Below are positions 57,184 through 64,000 of a stretch of DNA of 64,000 nt, one piece after another. This DNA comes from an uncultured Dehalococcoidales bacterium (lineage in GTDB: Bacteria > Chloroflexota > Dehalococcoidia > Dehalococcoidales > BS750m-G39): the NCBI GenBank assembly GCA_964396965.1, contig CAYNGD010000006.1, positions 8,771 to 72,770 on the forward strand, read 5' to 3'. A model generated the notes under the pieces. The model worked only from the letters and a program-made list of their open reading frames with translations, was not told where the DNA came from and made no database searches. Position 1 is the stretch's first letter, and each line of letters begins with the position of its first letter. The position numbers and the translations under genes were made by a program.

Positions 57184-57878
57184 ATAAAGAGAAGAAATCG
57201 TTTACCATCCGTGACCTGCCGCTGGCCGAGCGGCCCCGGGAGAGGCTACAGAAGTTCGGTGCCGAGGCTTTATCCGCCCAGGAGATACTGGCGGTACTGC
57301 TGGGGCGGGGGGTCTCCGGCGAATCGGTGATGGTCACCGCCCAGAGGCTGCTGGCCCGCTTCGGCGGCCTTAAGGGGATTGCCGAGGCCTCGGTAGAGGA
57401 GCTCTCCGGGGTCAGGGGAATCGGCCTGGCCAAGGCGGCCCAGATTAAGGCCGCCTTCGAGCTTTCCGGCCGGCTGGGCGGCTATGCCGATAGTCAGGAC
57501 AGGCCGGTGCTGGATACGCCGGAGGCGGTGGCTGGCTTGGTCGGGGGCAGGCTGGGGGGCAAGAAGAAGGAGCATTTCCTGGCGCTGCTGATTGACACCA
57601 GGAACCAGCTGATAAAGCTGGCCGAAATCTCGGTGGGCAGCCTGGACGCCAGCATCGTCCACCCCAGGGAGGTATATAAGGAGGCGATAGCCGCCAGCGC
57701 TGCCTCGGTAATCTTTGTCCACAACCACCCCTCGGGCGACCCCACTGCCTCGGAAGACGACATAAAGCTGACCAGGGGGCTGGTCGAGGCGGGGGCGATT
57801 CTGGGCATAGAGGTCCTGGACCACGTCATCATCGGTGACAAAAAATACCTCAGCCTGAAGCGTGAGGGGCTGTTTTAA
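57180..57878 (+). CDS. radC: RadC-like JAB-domain protein
   Basis: 232 aa with an N-terminal HhH region (LSAQEILAVLLGRG) and a JAMM motif HNHPSGDPTASEDD. Confidence 0.88.
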   Translation: MNKEKKSFTIRDLPLAERPRERLQKFGAEALSAQEILAVLLGRGVSGESVMVTAQRLLARFGGLKGIAEASVEELSGVRGIGLAKAAQIKAAFELSGRLGGYADSQDRPVLDTPEAVAGLVGGRLGGKKKEHFLALLIDTRNQLIKLAEISVGSLDASIVHPREVYKEAIAASAASVIFVHNHPSGDPTASEDDIKLTRGLVEAGAILGIEVLDHVIIGDKKYLSLKREGLF

Positions 57879-57893
57879 GCGGAGTCGGTTCTC

Positions 57894-58181
57894 CTAGCTG
57901 GCGCTGGTTTCCCCGGTCTTACCCCAGGCGATGTCAACCAGCTTTAGGGCCATGGTCTTGGCGGCCCTCTCGCCGGCCTCGTTTAAGGAGAAGGTGTGGA
58001 TAACATATTCGGCGCCCTTGGCGGAGTGGAAAACGACGGCCCAGTCCTGCGCCCGTTTTATCGCCACCCAACGCCCCGGTGCCGAATCCCCGGGCGGTGT
58101 CTCCCCCGCCTCCCATTCGTAACCATGCCCGGTTTTACCCAGGCCCAGCTCCTGCGGCGTTCTTAGCTGTTCCATGGCCAT
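57894..58181 (-). CDS. Hypothetical protein
   Basis: 95 aa ORF with no recognisable motif. Preceded by an AT-rich region with a TATAAT on the minus strand. No clear SD. Confidence 0.4.
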   Translation of the reverse strand: MAMEQLRTPQELGLGKTGHGYEWEAGETPPGDSAPGRWVAIKRAQDWAVVFHSAKGAEYVIHTFSLNEAGERAAKTMALKLVDIAWGKTGETSAS

Positions 58182-58337
58182 ACTACTTTGGTACTATTCC
58201 AACTACCCACTATTGTACTATTATAATTACGGCGTTTCATTACACTTTTTGGTAATTTTTGTCACGATTTCGTGTAATTTCTTTGCCTGTTTTCGCTACA
58301 ACGTGCTATTATTAGCGGTAGAGGACGGGAGGAAGCG

Positions 58338-58739
58338 TTGTATTATTTTGCCTACGGCTCCGACCTGAGCAAGAAGCAGATGAGAGAGCGCTGCCCGATG
58401 GCCAAGCCGGTGTCCGCGGTCACCCTGCACCACTACCGGCTGGTCTTCAGCGGCTGGTCCCGTAACTGGCGGGGTGGGGTGGCCACCATCCAGCCCTTCC
58501 GGGGGGAGAAGGTGGCGGGGGCTATCTACGAACTCTCTGAGGAGGATATGAGGCGGCTGGACAAGTACGCGGACTGTCCCGCCACCTATAATCGGCTTAA
58601 AATAGGGGTGAACAACGACTTCGGTGAGTTGATAGAGGCGGTGACCTATATCAGAGCCCGGCGCGCCGAAGAGGCGCCGCCTTCCAAGGACTACCTGGCG
58701 GTTATCCAGCAGGGCTACCGGGACTGGGGGATTATCTAG
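58338..58739 (+). CDS. Gamma-glutamylcyclotransferase / AIG2-like protein
   Basis: 133 aa with YYFAYGSDLSKKQMRERCP at the N-terminus, typical of the GGCT fold. TTG start after a GGGAGGA RBS. Confidence 0.75.
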   Translation: MYYFAYGSDLSKKQMRERCPMAKPVSAVTLHHYRLVFSGWSRNWRGGVATIQPFRGEKVAGAIYELSEEDMRRLDKYADCPATYNRLKIGVNNDFGELIEAVTYIRARRAEEAPPSKDYLAVIQQGYRDWGII

Positions 58740-58740
58740 G

Positions 58741-60327
58741 ATGAAGAGAGCCTTATATCTGGTTCTGGCGCTGTTGGTATTAAGCAGCCTGCTGGCTATC
58801 GGCTGCCCGGGCGGCGGGGTGACGCACCCCGCCAGCGGCACCGTCCTTAACCTCTACGGCATTGACCCCTATACCCTGGACCCGGCCGTTTCCAGCGAGA
58901 TGACCTCCCACGTCTATCTGATGCAGATATTCAGCGGGCTGCTGCGCCTCGATGACAAGCTGGAGCCAGCGCCGGACATCGCCAAGAGTTGGGATATAAG
59001 CAATAACGGCCAGACCTATACCTTCCATCTCAGGCAGGACGTCAAGTTCCAGGACGGCAGGCCGGTCACCGCCGCCGACTTCAAGTATTCCTGGGAGCGG
59101 GCCTGCACCCCCCAGACCGGCTCGAGCACAGCGGCCACCTACCTGGGCGATATCGTTGGGGTGTCCGAGGTCCTGGCCGGGCAAGCCACCGAAATCAGCG
59201 GGGTAAAGGTCATTGACAACTACACCCTTCAGGTGACCATAGATGCCCCTAAGTCCTATTTCCTTTCCAAGCTGACCTACCCTACCTCCTTCGTCGTTGA
59301 TAAGGCCAACGTGGCGGCGGGCAAGCAGTGGTGGCGCTCTCCCAACGGCACCGGCCCTTTTAAGCTGGCGAAGTGGCAGCAGGGCCAGCAGTTGGTGCTG
59401 GAGAAGAACGAGCTTTACTACGGCGATATGGCCAAGGTGGACCAGGTCGTCTTCAAGCTCTGGAGCGGCATCCCGATGGATATGTACGAGACCGGCGATA
59501 TTGACGTTACCGAAGTCGGCGCCGACTATATCGAGAAGGTCACCGATAAGGCCGGGCCATTTTACCAGGACCTGAGCATCGTCCCCGAGCTGAGCTTTTA
59601 TTATATCGGTTTTAATGCCGCCAAGCCACCCTTCGATGACGCCAACATCCGCCGCGCCTTCTCCATGGCTATTGACAAGGAGAAGATAATTTCGCTGGTC
59701 TATAAGGGTACCATGGAGCCGGCCTACGGCATCCTGCCCCCGGGCATGCCCGGCTATAATGAAAATCTGGCCGGTCTGCACTATGACGTAGCCAAGGCTA
59801 AGGAGCTGATTGCCCAGTCTAGCTACGGTGACGTCTCCAAACTGCCGCCCATCACCATCACCACTGTGGGTGAGGGGGGTGCCATTCCCAGCGATTTGGA
59901 GGCGGTTATCTACCAGTGGCAGCAGAACCTGGGGGTGGAGGTAAAGGTGAGGCAGCTGGAGCCGGAGCGGTTCCTCTATCACCTGAACGATGAGGTGGAC
60001 GAGATGTTCTATACTGGCTGGGTTGCCGACTACCCTCACCCTCAGGACTTCTTGGACATCCTCTTTCACAGTGGTTCTGAGTCTAACTCCGGTGGCTACA
60101 GCAACCCCGAGGTGGATGCCCTGCTGGATAAGGCGGGGGTGGAGCCGAACAGCGCTTTAAGCCTGAGGCTTTACCAGCAGGCCGAGCAGATGCTGGTTAA
60201 CGATGCTGCCTGTCTCCCGCTGGGCTTCGGGCGGGACTATGTCTTGGTCAAGCCCTACGTTAAAGGCTATAACCTGAACCCCCTCGGTTTTGCCATGCTC
60301 GATACGGTTTCGGTTGAGCCTCATTAG
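58741..60327 (+). CDS. ABC transporter substrate-binding protein, family 5 (peptide/nickel type), lipoprotein
   Basis: 528 aa with a lipobox-like LLAIGC signal and SBP_bac_5-like sequence (TFHLRQDVKFQDGRPVTAADFKYSWER). Confidence 0.85.
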   Translation: MKRALYLVLALLVLSSLLAIGCPGGGVTHPASGTVLNLYGIDPYTLDPAVSSEMTSHVYLMQIFSGLLRLDDKLEPAPDIAKSWDISNNGQTYTFHLRQDVKFQDGRPVTAADFKYSWERACTPQTGSSTAATYLGDIVGVSEVLAGQATEISGVKVIDNYTLQVTIDAPKSYFLSKLTYPTSFVVDKANVAAGKQWWRSPNGTGPFKLAKWQQGQQLVLEKNELYYGDMAKVDQVVFKLWSGIPMDMYETGDIDVTEVGADYIEKVTDKAGPFYQDLSIVPELSFYYIGFNAAKPPFDDANIRRAFSMAIDKEKIISLVYKGTMEPAYGILPPGMPGYNENLAGLHYDVAKAKELIAQSSYGDVSKLPPITITTVGEGGAIPSDLEAVIYQWQQNLGVEVKVRQLEPERFLYHLNDEVDEMFYTGWVADYPHPQDFLDILFHSGSESNSGGYSNPEVDALLDKAGVEPNSALSLRLYQQAEQMLVNDAACLPLGFGRDYVLVKPYVKGYNLNPLGFAMLDTVSVEPH

Positions 60328-60356
60328 GTGGGAGGGACAGCTGTGCCTGAATTCGG

Positions 60357-60445
60357 CGGAGGGGGTGGGATTCGAACCCACGGCCCCGGTTTCCCGGAGC
60401 AACGGTTTTCAAGACCGTCACCATAAACCGCTCGGACACCCCTCC
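60357..60445 (-). tRNA. tRNA-Ser (anticodon UGA), long variable arm
   Basis: Minus strand shows acceptor GGAGGGG/CCCCTCC, D arm GTCCGAGCGG, anticodon loop CTTGAAA, a long variable arm, and T arm GTGGGTTCGAATCCCAC. Confidence 0.9.
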
Positions 60446-60535
60446 GCGGCTTTAGATAGTATAGTTAGTTGGCTTCTGGCCGTCAAACTTTAGTGGTGGT
60501 GAACATGATGGGCGGACTTGACATCTTAGTGATTT

Positions 60536-60776
60536 AAGGGGTGTCTCTCGTCCCACCCTGGCCCGCCCTAAAGAGGTTTCACCTCTAAGGTGTGGAAAAT
60601 CCCCCTTATTCCCCCTTTACTAAAGGGGGAGACTGTTCTGAAGGGCAGAAAGGGCTTTAGCCCTACCATAAACGGCGGTGGGTGAAGACTATCTTGCTCC
60701 CTTCCCCTTGGGGGCGTAGCCCCTTCCATATAAGGGCGGCAGGGCGGGAATAGATAATTAATAAAGGGGCGGGGGT
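60536..60776. repeat. Intergenic repeat copy R7 (composite, three terminus modules)
   Basis: Left end TCCCACCCTGGCCCGCCC plus hairpin. Middle module GGCGGTGGGTGAAG. Right end GGGCGGCAGGGCGGGAATAGATAATTAATAAAGGGGCGGGGG, nearly identical to the R2 right end. Confidence 0.75.
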
Positions 60777-60780
60777 TCTC

Positions 60781-62028
60781 TTATTTGATAAACCTCTCCC
60801 CCACAAAATCCTGCAATACTTCGGGCACTAATATAGTCCCGTCGGACTGCTGGTAGTTCTCCATAATAGCGATGAGGACACGTGGTAGCGCTAATCCAGA
60901 GCCGTTCAGGGTGTGGACGAACCGGGGCTTTTCCTCCGGGGTGGGGCGGTAGCGGATGTTGGCTCGCCGCGCCTGAAAGTCGCCGCAGTTGGAGCAGGAG
61001 CTTACCTCCAGCCACTCCTCGCAGCCCGGCGCCCACATCTCGATGTCGTAGGACTTCTGTGAGGCAAAGCCAAGCTCGCCGGTGCAGAGCTGCTTTATGC
61101 GGTAGGGAAGCTCCAGCTTCTGGCAGACGTCTTCGGCATCATTGAGTAGCTTTTCCAGCTCGTCGTTGGAGGCTTCCGGCGCGGTGAACTTGTAAAGCTC
61201 AACCTTATCGAACTGGTGGCCCCTTTTAATGCCGCGGGTATCTTTTCCCGCCGACATCTTCTCCCGGCGGAAGCAGGCGGTGTAGGCGACGTAGTAAACG
61301 GGCAGGGTGCCCGGCGGGATAATCTCGCAGCGGTAGAGGTTGGTCAGGGGCACCTCGGCGGTGGGCACGAACCAGAGGTCGTCGGCCTCATCATGGTAGA
61401 GGTTATCGGCGAACTTGGGCAGGTTGCCCGAGCCGACCATGCACTCCCGCTTGACCATGAAGGGCGGGTAAATCTCCTGATAGCCGTGTTTTGAGGTGTG
61501 CAGGTCGAGCATAAAAGATATGATGGCCCGCTGCAGCCTGGCGCCCAGCCCTTTGAGCACGTAGAAGCGGGTGCCGGAGAGCTTTACTCCCCGCTCGAAG
61601 TCGATGATGCCCAGGTCTTCGCCCAGCTTCCAGTGGGGGGAGGGGGTGAAGCTGAAGCTCTTGGGCTCCCCCCAGGAGCGGGTGATAACGCTGTCGTCCT
61701 CGTCGGCACCGACGGGTACGGAGGGGTGGGGGATATTGGGCACCTGGAGCAGGAGTTCTCCCAGCTGGCTATCCAGCTCTCTCAGCTCGTCCTCCAGCCC
61801 CCTGATTATGGCGCGCAGGTCGCGGCCTTCCTCAACGGTAGCCTTGTCCGATTTTCTCTTCTGGGCGGTCTGTTTTTTCTGGTGCCTCAGGCTCTCCAGC
61901 TCTAACAGCTTCTGGCGACGCTCGCCGTCAAGCTCCATGATTTCGTCCAGCGGGGCGCTGTCCTTACGGTCTTCTATCGCCCTGCGCACAAGGTTAATGT
62001 TGTCCCGGATAAATTTAAGGTCAAGCAT
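60781..62028 (-). CDS. serS: Seryl-tRNA synthetase
   Basis: 415 aa with an N-terminal coiled-coil arm and class II motifs (FRRE, GSGLA). Confidence 0.95.
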   Translation of the reverse strand: MLDLKFIRDNINLVRRAIEDRKDSAPLDEIMELDGERRQKLLELESLRHQKKQTAQKRKSDKATVEEGRDLRAIIRGLEDELRELDSQLGELLLQVPNIPHPSVPVGADEDDSVITRSWGEPKSFSFTPSPHWKLGEDLGIIDFERGVKLSGTRFYVLKGLGARLQRAIISFMLDLHTSKHGYQEIYPPFMVKRECMVGSGNLPKFADNLYHDEADDLWFVPTAEVPLTNLYRCEIIPPGTLPVYYVAYTACFRREKMSAGKDTRGIKRGHQFDKVELYKFTAPEASNDELEKLLNDAEDVCQKLELPYRIKQLCTGELGFASQKSYDIEMWAPGCEEWLEVSSCSNCGDFQARRANIRYRPTPEEKPRFVHTLNGSGLALPRVLIAIMENYQQSDGTILVPEVLQDFVGERFIK

Positions 62029-62047
62029 AATGATTTACCAACCTTCT

Positions 62048-63535
62048 TTACTTCTCCTTCTCCCTCAGTTGGGGGAATAAAATAACCTCTCTTATGGCTG
62101 GCTGGTTGGTCAGGAGCATCACCAGGCGGTCGATGCCCACCCCCAGCCCCCCGGCGGGTGGCATGCCGTACTCCAGCGCGGTGAGGTAGTCTTCGTCGAT
62201 TGACCAGCGCTCCTCGTCTTCGGCCTGTCTCTCTTTTAGCTGCTCCTCAAAGCGCTCCCTCTGCTCCAGCGGGTCGTTGAGCTCGGTGTAGGCGTTGGCA
62301 ATCTCAAGGCCGCCGGCGATGGCCTGAAAGCGCTCCACCACCCTCTCTTCGCCCGGCTTGTTCTTGGCCAGCGGCGACATCGAGGCGGGGTAGTCAAAGA
62401 TTATGGTCGGCTGGATGAGCTTGGGCCTGACGAAGTCCTTGATAAGCTGGTCAACCAGTTTAGCCCAGTTCTTCTTGGGGTCAACCTCGATGTTAAGTGA
62501 GCGTACCTTCTCTCGCAGCCCGTCGGCGGTGGGGTGGGTAACGAAGTCGATGCCGCTGTACTTCTTGACGGCGTCGCGCAGGGTTATTCGCGGCCAGGGC
62601 GGCTTAAAGTTGATAGTGTCTTCGCCGAACTTAGTTTTGGTGGTGCCCAATACCTCCTGGCTGGCCGATGATACCATCTCCTCAAGCATATCCATGACAT
62701 CGTTGTAGTCGGCGTAGGCTTCGTAGCTTTCCAGCATGGTGAACTCGGGGTGGTGCTCGGTGGAGACCCCCTCGTTGCGGAAGATGCGCCCGATTTCATA
62801 GACCTTATCGAAGCCGCCCACCAGCAGCCGCTTGAGGTGGAGCTCCAGGGCGATGCGCAGGTAGAAGTCCTGGTCTAAAGCGTTGTGGTGGGTGGTGAAG
62901 GGGTTGGCCAGGGCCCCGCCGGCAGAGGGCTGCAGCACCGGCGTTTCCACCTCGATAAAGCCACGCTTATTTAAAAACTGGCGGATAGCGGCGATAGCCC
63001 GGCTGCGCACTAGGAAGACCTCCCTGGCCGGGGCGTTGGCGATGAGGTCAAGGTAGCGCTGGCGGTAGCGCGTGTCCACATCGGCCAGGCCATGCCACTT
63101 CTCCGGCAGGGGCCGGAGCGACTTGGCCAGCAGGGTGAATCTCTCGACATCGAGGGTGGGCTCGCCGGTCTTGGTGCGGAAGAGCTTGCCGCCGGCCCCG
63201 ATGATGTCGCCGATGTCCAAGTCCTGAAATAGCTCAAGGCTTTTTCCATCAAAGTGGTCTTTGTAGAAGCAGAGCTGGATTTTGCCCTCGCCGTCGCGCA
63301 GGTCGGCAAAAGAGGTCTTGCCCATCTTTCTCATGGCGGTAAGCCGCCCGGCGAGAGTGACTGCTTTTGTTTTAGCCTGGCCCCTCTTCTCCTGTCTCTC
63401 CAGAAGCTCCAAAGCCTGCCGGGTGGTATGGCTGCGGTTGTAGCTGGAGGGGTAGGGGTCTATGCCCTGCTTGCGGAGCCGCTCAAGCTTTTGTCGGCGC
63501 CGTTGGGTGATACGGTCCAATCTGGTTGTCATCAA
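62048..63535 (-). CDS. lysS: Lysyl-tRNA synthetase, class II
   Basis: 495 aa with an OB anticodon-binding domain and class II motifs (FRNEG, GGLGVGIDRLVMLL). Confidence 0.95.
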   Translation of the reverse strand: MMTTRLDRITQRRRQKLERLRKQGIDPYPSSYNRSHTTRQALELLERQEKRGQAKTKAVTLAGRLTAMRKMGKTSFADLRDGEGKIQLCFYKDHFDGKSLELFQDLDIGDIIGAGGKLFRTKTGEPTLDVERFTLLAKSLRPLPEKWHGLADVDTRYRQRYLDLIANAPAREVFLVRSRAIAAIRQFLNKRGFIEVETPVLQPSAGGALANPFTTHHNALDQDFYLRIALELHLKRLLVGGFDKVYEIGRIFRNEGVSTEHHPEFTMLESYEAYADYNDVMDMLEEMVSSASQEVLGTTKTKFGEDTINFKPPWPRITLRDAVKKYSGIDFVTHPTADGLREKVRSLNIEVDPKKNWAKLVDQLIKDFVRPKLIQPTIIFDYPASMSPLAKNKPGEERVVERFQAIAGGLEIANAYTELNDPLEQRERFEEQLKERQAEDEERWSIDEDYLTALEYGMPPAGGLGVGIDRLVMLLTNQPAIREVILFPQLREKEK

Positions 63536-64000
63536 TCTGCCCCCTCAAAGAGTCCAGCCAGGCGGTTGACTTTACCTCTCTCTCCAGGAGGTAGCGGAGG
63601 TAGTTCCTCATTACCATCTCCAGCTGGTGAGATAGCTCCCGGTCAATTTCCAGCCCGCATACCGCGCTATAGTCGCTGGTCTGCAGTAATAGTAGCACTT
63701 TTCGGGCTTTTTCGGAAAGGGGGTAGGCTGGCTGGCTCTGGCCGCAGCCGGGGCAGAGCATACCGCCGGCGCCGGGGGAGAACAGATTGGCGGCCTCCTT
63801 TAATGCCGCTTTGCAGGCGACGCAATACTGGAGCTGGGGGCGGTAGCCGGCGGTATCCAAAAGGTGCAGCTCGAAGTAGCGCAGTATTAAATCGCTATCG
63901 CCGCCCTGGCATAAGCTCTGGAGGGTCTCCACTAATAGCTGGAAAAGGGGGTAGTCCTCCACGTTATCGGCGGCGAACTGGTTGACAAGCTCAGTGGCGT
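63483..64000 (-). CDS. recO: DNA repair protein RecO, partial (N-terminus beyond the right edge)
   Basis: The reading frame stays open to the window edge upstream of the track ORF. Shows the CVACK...CPGC zinc motif and RecO-like C-terminal helices. Confidence 0.8.
   Translation of the reverse strand, partial: ATELVNQFAADNVEDYPLFQLLVETLQSLCQGGDSDLILRYFELHLLDTAGYRPQLQYCVACKAALKEAANLFSPGAGGMLCPGCGQSQPAYPLSEKARKVLLLLQTSDYSAVCGLEIDRELSHQLEMVMRNYLRYLLEREVKSTAWLDSLRGQIDDNQIGPYHPTAPTKA

Overview
This is a GC-rich bacterial chromosomal core region, almost fully coding. The lineage guess is an anaerobic Chloroflexota/Dehalococcoidia-like organism, inferred only from gene content and style. Left to right: the trp operon (trpEGDCF, minus strand) under a Trp T-box leader. 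Then a tRNA-Thr/Tyr/Thr-tuf-rpmG-secE-nusG-rplKA block. A four-gene thiolase / DUF35 / HMG-CoA-synthase-like cluster is wedged between rplA and rplJL. Next come a small membrane protein, an MFS transporter, a SemiSWEET gene and comM. Then a CoA-transferase gene plus a seven-gene operon: an MBL hydrolase, a four-subunit benzoyl-CoA-reductase / 2-hydroxyacyl-CoA-dehydratase-type enzyme, and a GlcD/GlcF-like dehydrogenase. Both units are preceded by paralogous terminator/antiterminator leaders. After that: uvrA, sbcC, an APC permease, ffh, rpoD-dnaG-dgt-ppsA, and an F1Fo ATP synthase operon interrupted by three extra small genes. The right end holds rpsP/KH, nfi, prfB (+1 frameshift), a secreted peptidase, radC, a substrate-binding protein, tRNA-Ser, serS, lysS and partial recO. 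The main structure not explained by genes is a dispersed intergenic repeat family with at least 7 copies. Its inverted termini are built from G3/C3 tracts (G-quadruplex-type motifs) next to short GC hairpins. No CRISPR array, transposase, integrase or recognisable defence system was seen. All functional calls come from reading the translations and motifs by eye; no database search was run.
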